Shown: positions 19,240 through 30,418, numbered from the stretch's first letter. The stretch is DNA of 64,000 nt from Candidatus Azotimanducaceae bacterium (GCA_045560825.1 JBJKYX010000034.1:18120-82119), one strand, 5' to 3'. Numbers and translations are program-made. The notes: generated by a model from the letters alone, not told the origin.

Positions 19240-19970
19240 TAGGAACTTTGCTCTCTGTTTAAGGACATTGGGTCATCCGAGAACCAACGCGCATTGATCC
19301 GATCCACATAAGCCACAAGATTATTTTGGTTCAACGCAGCGTCTTTGAGTCGCGAAGTATACGGAGCATTCATAATCTGCCATAAAAAAGCATAGGTCGT
19401 AGCATCTACCGACGTCGCTTCATCACCCAGAAAATAGGATTGATCACCTAATAATATAGAAAGAGCTTCTACATCTTCTTTGGCCCGAGAATCAAGTTCG
19501 TCGTCGCTAAAACCACCCACCCCATGTTCAAGGCATTTACGCCGACTCTCGTCTCTAGCACCTTCATAACTCGCCTGATCCAGATCCTTGAGCATCCCTG
19601 GAGTGTCCCAGTAGGGGTTTTCTGGAGACCACCAACGTTCTCGAGCCATAATCCACCAAATATGTTCTTCCACCATTCGCCTGATTATATGGCCAGTCGC
19701 TTTTTTACTCGGCGTGAGAGATGAATCCAATGGATCACCGAAGTTTTCCTTTAAGTAATCAATAATAAAACCCGAGTCCGCCACTGTATTACCGTCGTGC
19801 TCGATGTAGGGCAACTTGCCTTTAGGTGCGGTTTCAGCAAAACCCATACCCAGACTTTTAGTTTCGAACTCTATTCCTGACATTCTCAGATAGGTTTCCA
19901 CTTTGAGCACGAACTGACTGATGCAACCAAATTTTTCCCATGCAGGACCAAACCGAAAAAGTGTGACCAT
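19239..19970 (-). CDS. Glutathione S-transferase family protein (metaxin/FAX-like subgroup)
   Basis: SQFVLKVETYLR, APKGKLPYI, DSGFII, YFLGDEATSVDAT; stop overlaps the next start (TAATG). Confidence 0.85.
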   Translation of the reverse strand: MVTLFRFGPAWEKFGCISQFVLKVETYLRMSGIEFETKSLGMGFAETAPKGKLPYIEHDGNTVADSGFIIDYLKENFGDPLDSSLTPSKKATGHIIRRMVEEHIWWIMARERWWSPENPYWDTPGMLKDLDQASYEGARDESRRKCLEHGVGGFSDDELDSRAKEDVEALSILLGDQSYFLGDEATSVDATTYAFLWQIMNAPYTSRLKDAALNQNNLVAYVDRINARWFSDDPMSLNREQSS

Positions 19971-20256
19971 TCATAGCCTCCCAACGCTCTGCTTAGATAT
20001 CGACTCACAGTAGTCATTCTTAAGACGACCACCGGAAAAATCAAGGCTCTGCATCTTAGCCTAAAGGCGATGAGGCAGAAAGCACCTCCCATCGTCATGA
20101 CAGTTTATCCATTTCATAAAGCCAACTTGAATCTTAGAGGTAGTCTTCACCGCGCACTGGATTGGGTTATAGATGACATTCCTTAAAGCTTAGGGTTAAA
20201 TCAAATCGCAGACACTCTGATACAACAACAATAGCAACAACAAAAAGGATCCCGTC

Positions 20257-21000
20257 ATGATCAATAAACTCTTAAGCCTGTTTGGCTTACTTTTAATTTC
20301 CTATCAGCTCAATGCAGCCTCTTTTAAGGTTTACGAAGGAGCAATTCCTTTAACAAAACAAGCAGCCGTTCTTGAAGCCGCCGATAAATTCATGAAGTCG
20401 GAGACCGGCAAGACATTTAAGGGTGGCTTTCACATAAACACTATTTTGGCGAATGGCATAAGCCCAGCCACCCACAATTTCGCGCTACTGATGCCGAGTC
20501 TTGAGGACATTCACAAATGGGAATCATCGCTGGTCGGAAACTCTGATATCCAAGAATTTTGGGAGGTTCTAGACCAACACTCGACGCCGGTTTCTGAATT
20601 TATGGGTAGCTTGATAAAAACCTGGGGAAACGTCTCCAATGAGGATCAGTTTTGGTTGCTGACAAAATTTAGAACAACAGACCCAGCTAAAGTTGTGGCA
20701 GCCCAAGACAGGCTCGACAAAGCTATGAGCGACAAGTTCCCAGGCCAGGTCATTCTGCACGCAATTTCAATCGGCAACAGAACTGGTCGAAATAACGACT
20801 ACTCCACCCATATGTTTATCGTTGGCTATGAGTCAGTTAAAGAAATGGAAAGCTGGACGAACTACATGAATATGCAACCAGCCTGGGCAGAGTATCTAAA
20901 TTCACTGCGGGATGTGGTGACGTGGCAAGGATCAGAGTTACTTCAAAATACCGTCATTTACGATAATGGTATGGACGTGGAAAGCTTTCACGGACAGTAG
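20257..21000 (+). CDS. Exported hypothetical protein, two-repeat ferredoxin-like/dimeric barrel
   Basis: Signal peptide; two similar halves (ATHNFALLMPSLEDI / STHMFIVGYESVKEM). Confidence 0.65.
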   Translation: MINKLLSLFGLLLISYQLNAASFKVYEGAIPLTKQAAVLEAADKFMKSETGKTFKGGFHINTILANGISPATHNFALLMPSLEDIHKWESSLVGNSDIQEFWEVLDQHSTPVSEFMGSLIKTWGNVSNEDQFWLLTKFRTTDPAKVVAAQDRLDKAMSDKFPGQVILHAISIGNRTGRNNDYSTHMFIVGYESVKEMESWTNYMNMQPAWAEYLNSLRDVVTWQGSELLQNTVIYDNGMDVESFHGQ

Positions 21001-21016
21001 TCCTTTTTTGAACTCG

Positions 21017-21041
21017 GGGGCTAAAGAAATTCTTTGGCCTC
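21017..21041. terminator. Hairpin between convergent genes
   Basis: GGGGCTAAAGA-AAT-TCTTTGGCCTC. Confidence 0.5.
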
Positions 21042-21101
21042 GCGTTCTAAGACAACAATCTGCGCTCTAAACCTCAAGACCTTACTACACAACTAGTTGG
21101 G

Positions 21102-21952
21102 TTAATCGACTATAAAATTTTTCATTACGTCGAAAGCTCTTGGATCATCTCGGTGGACCCCGTGTCCGCAATTCTCAAATAATTCAAACTCTCTTATTTT
21201 GTTTGGAATCTGAGCCGCCATTTCCTCCATCCCTTCCAAGGGTGTGACCGGATCGATGTCTCCGGCAGTAATAAGAGTCGGGCAAGTAATGGACTTCAGG
21301 CCTTCCCTGAAATCAAATGTCCAATTCTCTCCTCCTGGCTTGGAAAAATGCTCGATTACCGCAGGCGTCCATATTGCTCTTTGTTCAGCCTCTTCATCCC
21401 TGTTGGAGCGCGTATACAAGGGCACACATTCTCGAAGGTAATTTGCAGTATTCTCCTCATCTGGGCCTCCCCAAAACTCGATAGCTGCGTCCCTAGCCTT
21501 TTCTCCACCAAATCGATAGAAAGCATCAAATACGCGCTCGGGAAGCATTCTAGCAACCGTGCTTGCTAGAATGAGTTTGTGTAATCGATCCGGGTGTCTT
21601 ATCGCATAGTTCTGAGCAACGAAACCACCAAAAGAAAGTCCCAGTACAATGGGTTTTTCCACACCCAAGGCATCAATAAGCCCGTCAGATCGTCCGCCCA
21701 CTGATCTAGGTTCCAATTTTCGGGGTTATCATTATCACTCCTGCCCTGTCCCCGATGATCGTAATAGATTAACTGGGCAACCTCAGACAGAGGATCAAAA
21801 TCAGGCTTCATCGTCGTATGGTCCATGCCAGGACCACCATGAAGCAGGATAACCACCGGTCGCTCGCACATGGAGGTCCCTGCCGCTACCAACCCAGAAC
21901 CTACAACGTCCACAAACAAACGGCAGCCGTTGACCTCAATTCGCATGGTCAA
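21102..21952 (-). pseudogene. Alpha/beta hydrolase (proline iminopeptidase-like), frameshifted near 21681-21687
   Basis: HGGPG..YDHRGQGRS..QWADDL in one frame and GLIDALG..GLSFGG..D..H in another; one missing base restores the frame; may be a sequencing error. Confidence 0.8.
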
Positions 21953-22038
21953 TCTTCCTTTTCTATGCTCTCTCCGCTAAATGACCCAAATCAGACACAT
22001 AGCAAAACAACCAGAGCGCCTAGCTCCTTGACAACAAA

Positions 22039-23262
22039 TCAGCTCACTTTTTCGAGTGGCGGATGGCCTAATGCCTCTCGATAGTTATTATGAAAGTGAT
22101 GGAGAGCGGGTTCATTCCGGCCAAACATAATCTCTTTAAGTTGCCCATTTTCAGCGGCTCGTTGTTGCATCTCGCCCATATCGTAGTCCTCTTGTTCGAT
22201 CGTGCTACGAAAGACTTCGCGCGAACCCTCTAGGTTTGGCCCGGCGTCGCGACCATCTGGGTCATAGACATCGACTTCTTCAGCTCTCACGTTTTGCTCA
22301 GCGGCATAATCCATGGCGGCTTGAGAGTAATAGAAACTAATCTTTGTAACTGATCGACTAGGACCTTCCTCATGAGGGTATATACGAATCAGCGTCGTGG
22401 TATGGGGGCCAACAACCAACTGAATATTTGGAAACAGGTGATACAACACAAAAGTCCCATGATTAATTTCCCATTCTGACTCGGGCATTTGTCTCAACTG
22501 ATCGATTCCTCTACTGGCGGTCACGAAACGATGATGGCGGCCGAATTCCTTGAAGTGCAGATTATTTCCATAAAATATCCTACCTAGCGTGTCCTTGTGC
22601 AATTTCGCGAAATGGTAGGTTTCACCAAAGGTGTCGTTCGCGAACTTCCAGTTGAGGCGCTTATCAATTGTCGAGCTTCCCTGGTATAGGTGATTTTCCA
22701 TACCAAAGGAATCAAGTTCAGGACCCAATTCTCCCAACAGTTTATCTAAATTGATTTCACCGTCTGCCTTAGGGTGCACCCAAAGTAATCCACCGTGTTC
22801 AACCGCAGGTAATTCGATTAACCCATGACATGACTTATCAATAGAACCAAAGTGATCCTCATCCGGAATCGACATTAGATCGCCTTTGTTTGAGTAACTC
22901 CAGTGATGGAACGGACACATAAACACGGACTTCTTACCTCTTTCCTCAGAGGCCACTTTAACCGAGCGGTGCCTGCAAGCGTTCAAAAAAGCGTGGAACT
23001 TACCTTCTTTATCTCGGGTAGCTAAAATAGGAGTTCCAAAATCATCGAGCGTAAAGAAAGAACCTGGATCTGGCAGATCGTTAGTTAACCCAATTAATTG
23101 CGGATGATTCTGAAAAAACTCTTTCTTCTCAAGCGTCGCCATTTCCGGACAAACATAGGATGTTGTCGGCATTTTATATTGGACCCCAGCGTCGATGTTT
23201 CTTCCTTCATCGAGCTGAGTCATCAACTCTTTTAGAATCTCTACCTGAAGCGCGTGCTGCAT
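22039..23262 (-). CDS. Rieske aromatic ring-hydroxylating oxygenase alpha subunit
   Basis: CRH..CPFH Rieske motif, NWKFANDTFGETYHFAKLH, EQED, EPALHHFH. Confidence 0.9.
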   Translation of the reverse strand: MQHALQVEILKELMTQLDEGRNIDAGVQYKMPTTSYVCPEMATLEKKEFFQNHPQLIGLTNDLPDPGSFFTLDDFGTPILATRDKEGKFHAFLNACRHRSVKVASEERGKKSVFMCPFHHWSYSNKGDLMSIPDEDHFGSIDKSCHGLIELPAVEHGGLLWVHPKADGEINLDKLLGELGPELDSFGMENHLYQGSSTIDKRLNWKFANDTFGETYHFAKLHKDTLGRIFYGNNLHFKEFGRHHRFVTASRGIDQLRQMPESEWEINHGTFVLYHLFPNIQLVVGPHTTTLIRIYPHEEGPSRSVTKISFYYSQAAMDYAAEQNVRAEEVDVYDPDGRDAGPNLEGSREVFRSTIEQEDYDMGEMQQRAAENGQLKEIMFGRNEPALHHFHNNYREALGHPPLEKVS

Positions 23263-23290
23263 AGTGCTCTCCGATTATTAATTCAATTAC

Positions 23291-25009
23291 TCAAATAGTA
23301 TTCAATTTAAACGCTTTATACCACGATTGATCTGCGCCGGCGCCGACATTGGTAATGTGCACGTCCAGCAAATAAGGTTCTCCAGAAGCTTGTACCTCTT
23401 TAGCACGTTTAAGCGCTTTGTCGAGATCACCGGGCTCGTTCACATGCTGGCCTTCGATACCTTGTGCTTTGGCTAACAAAACGAAGTCAATCTCAGGATC
23501 ACCCAAAAATGTCTCAGGATATTTATTCATCTCGGCCATATTGCCGCCCCAGCGAGCGAAGTTAGTTCTCACCGTTTGATAATTCATGTTATTCCAAACC
23601 ACAGTCAAAATAGGTAAACCGTATCTCGCCATCGTCCAAAAACCAGAAGAGCTATACATCACCGAGCCGTCACCAATACTTAACACCACTGGTCGGTCAG
23701 GGTTTGCTAACTGCGCACCAACCGCAGCACCAACCCCATAACCCAGACTGCCACCATAAGCACGAACCAAGCGCCATTCATCTTGCGCAAAACCAAAGGG
23801 CATCAAGTGGTCAGCTGCCATAAAGTTTTCCGACACTACCGTCGTATTTCTCGCCAGAACCTCACCCATTCGATAACCCAAGAAATCAGGGTGGATAGGA
23901 TTAGCGTGTGACTCATTCGCCGCACGAGCATTTTGCGTATCAATACGCTCACGTGCATTCGAAGCCAGTTTCGCTTTTCGACTGGACAGGTGATGAAGAT
24001 TACTGTCCCCAGGGTTCCACTTGTTGTTGACAGCCGAGAGCCCAGACTTCACATCAGACCAAAGGCTAACATCCAGCGCAAAGGAGCCGTTCAACATCGC
24101 TGAATCATGTCCAATACCAATTTTGAAAGCACTCGGAAATCTTTCGTCAGTGGCGTTGGCTCGAGTATTAGGTCGGTATCCAACGCAACAGACGACGTCG
24201 TAATCATCAGGTGGCAAAGCATCCACCATCCCTTGAAAGTTTGGATGACTCCTAGGAAAGGAACCATAGTCAAAAAAACCGACCGCGACGGGCAAGCCAT
24301 AATTTTCAGCTAGCTCTAAAATCTCTTGCTGGGCAGACGCTTGTTGTATATCTGGACCAACTACCAACAAGGGGTTTTCAGCGTTTAGTAGTGCATCGTG
24401 AATCTGCTCAAGAGTACCCTCATCCGGAGCAACCCCCATATTTAAAGGGCGCCCGGGTTCAATTGTCGCTTCGATCCCCTTCTCGTCGAGCGCCTCGCCT
24501 GAAAACGCCAGATAAACTGGCCCAGAGGGCATCGTCAACGCTTCGCTAAAGGCTCTTCTAGTCGCCATGGGAATACCTTTAGCATCGCGAACCTCCCAAC
24601 GTTTCTTAGTGACATCCTGGACCATACTCATCTGAGAGAATCCACTACTTGCGGCCAGGGTCCCGTGGTCTCCAAAGGAGCCATTATCCCGTAAGGCTGC
24701 CGTAACAACCATTGGAACACCATCAAAGTGTGAGTTGAATAGCTGACCAGACCCTTGTCTGGTTCCTGCCGCCAAATGAACATTAACAAAAGCAGGATTG
24801 CGACTGGCTCTCGCATAACCATCAGCCGCAGATAGTACGAGCGATTCATTCAGCAACAGAATCGGTTGAACACCCGGAACGGTTAAAAAAGCGTCAAAAA
24901 AACCCGCTTCGGCACTTCCTGTATTGGTAAACGCGTATTCTACCCCTTGAGCTACTAGCTGATGCATTAACAACTCGCCACCAGTGCCAACCACTTTCTC
25001 TTTTTTCAC
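23291..25009 (-). CDS. ThDP-dependent enzyme, benzoylformate decarboxylase-like
   Basis: NTGSAE, NESLVLSAADGYARAS, GGSLGYG, IGDGS..WNNMNY. Confidence 0.85.
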   Translation of the reverse strand: MKKEKVVGTGGELLMHQLVAQGVEYAFTNTGSAEAGFFDAFLTVPGVQPILLLNESLVLSAADGYARASRNPAFVNVHLAAGTRQGSGQLFNSHFDGVPMVVTAALRDNGSFGDHGTLAASSGFSQMSMVQDVTKKRWEVRDAKGIPMATRRAFSEALTMPSGPVYLAFSGEALDEKGIEATIEPGRPLNMGVAPDEGTLEQIHDALLNAENPLLVVGPDIQQASAQQEILELAENYGLPVAVGFFDYGSFPRSHPNFQGMVDALPPDDYDVVCCVGYRPNTRANATDERFPSAFKIGIGHDSAMLNGSFALDVSLWSDVKSGLSAVNNKWNPGDSNLHHLSSRKAKLASNARERIDTQNARAANESHANPIHPDFLGYRMGEVLARNTTVVSENFMAADHLMPFGFAQDEWRLVRAYGGSLGYGVGAAVGAQLANPDRPVVLSIGDGSVMYSSSGFWTMARYGLPILTVVWNNMNYQTVRTNFARWGGNMAEMNKYPETFLGDPEIDFVLLAKAQGIEGQHVNEPGDLDKALKRAKEVQASGEPYLLDVHITNVGAGADQSWYKAFKLNTI

Positions 25010-25273
25010 CGAAACCTCCCTAAGATAAGATTTATTCAGGACCAGACTAAACTCCTGTCAAATCTACTGAAATCTGAAATCCCCGCCTCCCCAACAGATA
25101 ATAGTTGAATTCTTTGCTTTAAAGGAAGAGGTATGCGTGGACACCATCTCTCGATTCCATTCTGCAAACCGGTCTTGGTCTCAGACTACTATAGCCAGAA
25201 CTTCAGATCAGACTTTGTTATAATTCTAAAGCGAATACCGAGAATGCCCGTATCAAAACTCGCGCTAATAAGT

Positions 25274-25909
25274 ATGCGAACTAAAAACATCCAAACCAAC
25301 CCAATCGAACCATCAGGAACAAGAGAGAGAATCCTAATCGAGTCCGCGAAACTTTTTTCCAGGCAAGGCTATGCCGGCACATCAACACGTGAGATCACAG
25401 AGGCCGTCGGCATAAGCCAGCCCGGTCTATATCGGCATTTCAGGTCGAAAGAAGAAATTATTTTGGCACTAGGAGACGCGATACTCGATCCGCTAGTTCA
25501 TATCATCTCGGAAGAAAGGAAACAGAGTTCAACTCGAGCGGTCACTTTGGCCTCGTTTATATTCCGAGTTTGCTACCAACTAGTACAGTCGCCCTATAGT
25601 GCTCAGTTCTGGATCAGTTGGCCCTATGAAGCATCCCAATTCACCGCCGCAAAAACAAAATACACAAAAATCGGTAATTATCTCGATGAAATCATAAAAG
25701 AAGGGGTAAATAACGAAGAGTTCAGAGATATTCCGGTTGGATTGGCAAGAGAGACTATCCTTAACCTCATCATCTCTGGCGTCTTTCAGGGAGTTGGCGA
25801 TATTAAAAACCGAATAGAGTATGTGGTTGAGGTCTCCCTAAGAAGTGTCATAAAAAACAGCTCTAGCATAACGTTAGCAGTGTCAGCATCACGAAAGAGA
25901 CTTAGATAA
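25274..25909 (+). CDS. TetR/AcrR family regulator, divergent from the ThDP/Rieske genes
   Basis: TRERIL..GYAGTSTREITEAVGISQPGLYRHFRSKEEI; start chosen at MRTK. Confidence 0.88.
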   Translation: MRTKNIQTNPIEPSGTRERILIESAKLFSRQGYAGTSTREITEAVGISQPGLYRHFRSKEEIILALGDAILDPLVHIISEERKQSSTRAVTLASFIFRVCYQLVQSPYSAQFWISWPYEASQFTAAKTKYTKIGNYLDEIIKEGVNNEEFRDIPVGLARETILNLIISGVFQGVGDIKNRIEYVVEVSLRSVIKNSSSITLAVSASRKRLR

Positions 25910-25964
25910 GCCTGCCCCCACACCTTTACATTAACAGGGAGCCTTCCCTAAACAACATTTTAGT

Positions 25965-26795
25965 TCAGGACCATTCATCCCAAACAGGTTTACAGACCGC
26001 AGGAAGATTCTGAGTTTTACCCAACTGAGACCATCTTTTCTCCAGAGAATGAAAATCCGATCCGCATGAAGCACTTAGATTAAAGCGTGTGCATATGTCA
26101 GCAAGCAGTTTGGTTGTTTCTGGATTTTGATAGCCGGAGGTAACTTCAATAGATCGACCACCAAAAGATTTGAAATCCTCGATCATGGATACTAGTTTTG
26201 AAAGACTTGCTTTATATTTTGCTGGATGTGCAAGTACCGGAATCCCTCCTAACGATCTAATCCATCCAACCACCTCACTCATATGGGGCCATTCGTCCTT
26301 GACATCTCCTATTTTTCCCGCAGACAAATATAGCTTAAACGCAGCACGAGTATCTGAACATGAACCCATCTCCACCAGATACTGAGCAAAGTGAGGCCGA
26401 CCTATTGTGCCACCCTTGGCAATTTTTTTGACACCCTCCAAAGCTGCATCAACCGATCCAATCAGTTTCTTTGAGAGTAGTTTTTTGGCTATCTTTTCGG
26501 CTCTTCTTAATCGTCGCTTTGCTTGTTCGTTACAAACCGAGGTCATATCTACCGCATAGGGGTCAACATTCAAACCAACGACATGAACATCTAAGTTTCG
26601 CCAGGCACTGGAAAACTCAACACCAGGGACAAGGTGCAGACCAATTTCGCTGGGTAAATCTCTGTATGCCGATACCGTATCGTGATCGGTGATGGAAATC
26701 ATCGTGGCTTGGTTGGTTAAAGCAAGCTTAATCAAATCAGTTGGTGAAAGGCTACCATCTGAGTGCGTGCTATGGCAGTGAAGATCTATACCCAA
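25965..26795 (-). CDS. PHP domain phosphoesterase (TrpH/YciV/RNase AM-like)
   Basis: DLHCHSTHSDG, ITDHD, GRPHFA, LAHP, GSDFH. Confidence 0.9.
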   Translation of the reverse strand: MGIDLHCHSTHSDGSLSPTDLIKLALTNQATMISITDHDTVSAYRDLPSEIGLHLVPGVEFSSAWRNLDVHVVGLNVDPYAVDMTSVCNEQAKRRLRRAEKIAKKLLSKKLIGSVDAALEGVKKIAKGGTIGRPHFAQYLVEMGSCSDTRAAFKLYLSAGKIGDVKDEWPHMSEVVGWIRSLGGIPVLAHPAKYKASLSKLVSMIEDFKSFGGRSIEVTSGYQNPETTKLLADICTRFNLSASCGSDFHSLEKRWSQLGKTQNLPAVCKPVWDEWS

Positions 26796-26843
26796 CTATC
26801 ATCAACCTTGGTTAATTTCGTACTCTATCCAAGATTGGGAGAC

Positions 26844-28502
26844 TCACATCCCCCATTTGTTTGCCATGGCCAATACAGGCTCTTCTTTGGTAATGAATTC
26901 GAGAAGAGTTGGCACTCCTTCCTCGGTCTTTTTAATCCCTCGTTCGAGCGCCTCGCGAACATCGGACGCTTTTTCTATTCGTTCCGCATGACCACCCATC
27001 GCGATCGCCATACCAGTGTAATCCCCCCCTAATGAGCTCGACTGATATTTCTCTACCGCTTCAGGCATATAAGCACCGTAGCCGCCCATCACCCCATTAT
27101 TTACCAACACCGTGAGAATGGGCAGATTTGATCGAACTGCAGTTTCAAAATCGTTAGCTGTCTGTCCAAACCCAGCATCCCCAATGAAGTTCACTGATAA
27201 CCAATCTGGCTTTGCTAACTTACCACCCAAAGCCATGCCCAAAGAAGAGCCTAGATGCGTGGATTTACCCCACCCTAAATAACCTCTGGGTGTATGAGTC
27301 TCATAAAAAGGCACTATTTGATCACGAGGATTACCCGCATCGTGGGTAACCACTGTCTTTCCCTTGTCGAAGAGAGTATTCATTTCGTGGATCACCCGAT
27401 AGGGAGAGATTGGGCCTGGATCATCACAAAGCAGACGATCAGACCATTCGTCAAAAAATTCTTGTTTGAGTTTTTTAATCTCTTCAATGGTTTCCATTGC
27501 AGTTTCTCGGCCTTCCTGGCCCACACGTTTTTTTGCAGCTTCGATTAACTGATTCAACACCAATTTAGCATCGCCTACGGCTGCACAAGACACCGGTCTA
27601 CACTTGGCAATATCTGATGAAGCATTTGTGATCTGACCCAGGTTTGCATCTTTTGGCATCCTTGCGGTGAAATCATTAATAGTAAAACTGGTTCCGATTC
27701 CCAAAATGAAATCAGATTCATTAGCAAAATGACCAGCGGCCTTGGTAATTGTTCGACCAGAGACTCCAAGGGCTAAATCATGATTTTCTGGAAAAGCGCT
27801 TTTTCCTAAGAGCGAAGTTGTCACCGGAATCTGAAGTAACTCAGCCAGCTGCCTAAGCTCATTCCAAGCCTCAGCGTACAATACGCCATGGCCAGCAATA
27901 ATTATCGGATTGTTAGCATCCAACAACGTATCCAAGATTCTCTCCACATCATCAGGATCCGCCATGGACCGATGCCCCGCCGGCGACCGGTACTCTTTTT
28001 TGGATTCTTCGTCACTTTGACCCCAAAGCACATTAACTGTCGTTTCAAGTAACACGGGTCCGCTCTTGCTATTTTTTAATGCGGAAAAAGCCATTTCAAA
28101 CTTTCTCGATATGGACCCGGCATCATTTATTAATCCAGCCATCTTTGTAATGTCTTTAAATGAACGAGAAGCCATGAACTGAGGATCATAATCCTGCATC
28201 GCAAGGGAATGCGCACCCGGAAGCATTAGAATTGGCGTGTTGTCGCCGTAGGCTTGTGCAACCGCGGAAAAACTCGCTTCGATACCAGGACCATCTTGAA
28301 CAGCAATCACCCCTATTTTCTTTCCGTTATGCATTCTGGTGTACGCGTCCGCCATATTAATCGCTACTCTTTCTGTCCTTGCGATTATCGGTCGAATCGA
28401 ATGCGCCGCGGCAGAGTTAAACAGCCGGTTATTAGGGAAACCCGCCAAATATTCCACTCCCTCTTGTGCCAAGATCTCAATAATTACGTCCGCGTTACTC
28501 AT
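26844..28502 (-). CDS. ThDP-requiring protein (acetolactate synthase-like superfamily)
   Basis: RTERVAINMADAY, QDGPGIE, THDAGNPRDQ, GDAGFG..VNNGVMG. Confidence 0.88.
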   Translation of the reverse strand: MSNADVIIEILAQEGVEYLAGFPNNRLFNSAAAHSIRPIIARTERVAINMADAYTRMHNGKKIGVIAVQDGPGIEASFSAVAQAYGDNTPILMLPGAHSLAMQDYDPQFMASRSFKDITKMAGLINDAGSISRKFEMAFSALKNSKSGPVLLETTVNVLWGQSDEESKKEYRSPAGHRSMADPDDVERILDTLLDANNPIIIAGHGVLYAEAWNELRQLAELLQIPVTTSLLGKSAFPENHDLALGVSGRTITKAAGHFANESDFILGIGTSFTINDFTARMPKDANLGQITNASSDIAKCRPVSCAAVGDAKLVLNQLIEAAKKRVGQEGRETAMETIEEIKKLKQEFFDEWSDRLLCDDPGPISPYRVIHEMNTLFDKGKTVVTHDAGNPRDQIVPFYETHTPRGYLGWGKSTHLGSSLGMALGGKLAKPDWLSVNFIGDAGFGQTANDFETAVRSNLPILTVLVNNGVMGGYGAYMPEAVEKYQSSSLGGDYTGMAIAMGGHAERIEKASDVREALERGIKKTEEGVPTLLEFITKEEPVLAMANKWGM

Positions 28503-28629
28503 AAACCCCTCTAATTCTCTTTCAGTACTGTAATTGCATTAACAGTAAAACCAACCACTAAAAATTCCAAATAGTTTCGTGAAATTGCTTAACGACTAAC
28601 TCCAGCCTCTCAAACGAATTAAAAAAAAA

Positions 28630-29409
28630 CTATGCACACAAGCCACCATCAATGATTAACTCAGTGCCGGTCATATATCTAGATTCATCGCTGGCAAGGA
28701 ATAACACTCCGTTCGCAATATCCAATGGATAACCTAACTGCCCGGTTGGCACACTAAGTTCCGCCATCTCTTCACGGTCAATGATATTTGCTCCGCCCTG
28801 GAATACCTCCGGGTTTATTTTATCCCAAATCGGCGTCTCAATAATTCCAGGGTGAACGGAATTAACCCGTATTGGCCAGCGATTATTAGCACATTCAAGA
28901 GCGACACCTTTGGTTAAGAGTCTCACGCCTCCTTTTGTCGCGTTATAAGCCGACAAGGAAGCAGCCCCTTTTATCCCTGCAACAGAAGATAAATTAACAA
29001 TCGACCCGGACTCAGACTCGATCATCGGAGGTATACAATGTTTGATTCCCAAAAACACTCCATCCAAATTGATCGCTTGCTGTTTTTGCCAATCCTCTAG
29101 CGACAGCGTGACAATACTTCCTCCAATGGCAATACCGGCATTGTTCACAAGAACATGTAACCCGCCATAAACTTCAGCAGTTTTTACCACGATCCTCTGC
29201 CAGTCCTCTTCCTGAGTCACATCGTGGCTCAAAAATTCAGCAGTCCCTCCCGCATCCTTGATTTCCGAAACAGTAATCATCCCCATATCTTCCTGGATAT
29301 CGGTGACAACCACCTTAGCTCCTTCTTCGGCTAGGCGTTTGCTGACAGCCTTACCTATTCCAGAAGCCCCCCCTGTGACAATCGCAACCCGATCTTGAAC
29401 TCTTCCCAC
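28630..29409 (-). CDS. Short-chain dehydrogenase/reductase
   Basis: TGGASGIG, NNAG, YNATK, RVNSVHPG. Confidence 0.92.
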   Translation of the reverse strand: MGRVQDRVAIVTGGASGIGKAVSKRLAEEGAKVVVTDIQEDMGMITVSEIKDAGGTAEFLSHDVTQEEDWQRIVVKTAEVYGGLHVLVNNAGIAIGGSIVTLSLEDWQKQQAINLDGVFLGIKHCIPPMIESESGSIVNLSSVAGIKGAASLSAYNATKGGVRLLTKGVALECANNRWPIRVNSVHPGIIETPIWDKINPEVFQGGANIIDREEMAELSVPTGQLGYPLDIANGVLFLASDESRYMTGTELIIDGGLCA

Positions 29410-29593
29410 GTCAGAACCCCGACAATAATGATTCGAAAAGCCATCTTCTGGTTAAATCGAAGCAAGTGCAATGCTCGATCATAATTAATAATCTTTGACA
29501 AAGTGTTAAAGACAAATTTTGTGGTATTGTCTCTTTGGAAAAGGTTAGGAACCCCTAGTATATGAAATCGCTTCTCTATAACTATAGACATCT

Positions 29594-30418
29594 ATGGACA
29601 TCGATTTAGACACTGGCAAGCTAGGCGTCTTCATTGCTGGCCTTGCCTGTTTCTTTCTTATGGAACGGCTGTGGAGCGGCAGATCAGCGACTATGCCACT
29701 TGCGCCAAGAATTCTTTTGCATTCTGGGATAGCAATCTTAAATACAGTGGTAATTCGAACCCTATCCTACGTGCCGCTTCTACTTTGGATCGTACACGTG
29801 GAGCAAATGGGGTGGGGCATTTCTCGTTTGATTGGTTTATCAGGTTGGACGGAGTTTCTAATTTCCATAATCATCCTGGATCTCTTCGACTACATCTGGC
29901 ACCGCGCAAATCATAGGATCACTTTTCTTTGGCGTTTCCACAAAGCGCACCATTCAGATAACGATATGGACATCTTTACCGCTCTAAGGTTTCATCCAGG
30001 CGAACTGTTAATCTCTTTACTTGTTAAAGCAGGTTGGGTCTTTATCTGGGGTCCATCAGCCATAGCCTGGTTTTTATTTGAGGCCCTAGTAAGTCTGTCC
30101 GCGCAATTTCATCACTCAAATATCAATCTGCCAGATCAAATAGATAAACGTCTGTCGTCTTTTTTGGTGACACCAAAATTCCACACACTTCATCATTTAG
30201 TCAATCGATCCTATGGAGATAAGAATTTTTCGACAATCTTGAGCTGCTGGGACATCCTCTTTGGAACAAAAGCAAAATCACTTCCTAATTCTAAGCTTAG
30301 GACTCAGCAAATCGGTCTCCCCGAAGGACGTGACTTAACTTTGTCGGTCTCCCATTGGTTGCTCGAACCTATAAAACCCCGTAATCTCGTTCTCGCTAGG
30401 AGGCATGTCAGTCAGTAG
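29594..30418 (+). CDS. Sterol desaturase / fatty acid hydroxylase family membrane protein
   Basis: His boxes HRANH, HKAHH, FHHSN, HTLHH; RFHPGE. Confidence 0.88.
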   Translation: MDIDLDTGKLGVFIAGLACFFLMERLWSGRSATMPLAPRILLHSGIAILNTVVIRTLSYVPLLLWIVHVEQMGWGISRLIGLSGWTEFLISIIILDLFDYIWHRANHRITFLWRFHKAHHSDNDMDIFTALRFHPGELLISLLVKAGWVFIWGPSAIAWFLFEALVSLSAQFHHSNINLPDQIDKRLSSFLVTPKFHTLHHLVNRSYGDKNFSTILSCWDILFGTKAKSLPNSKLRTQQIGLPEGRDLTLSVSHWLLEPIKPRNLVLARRHVSQ

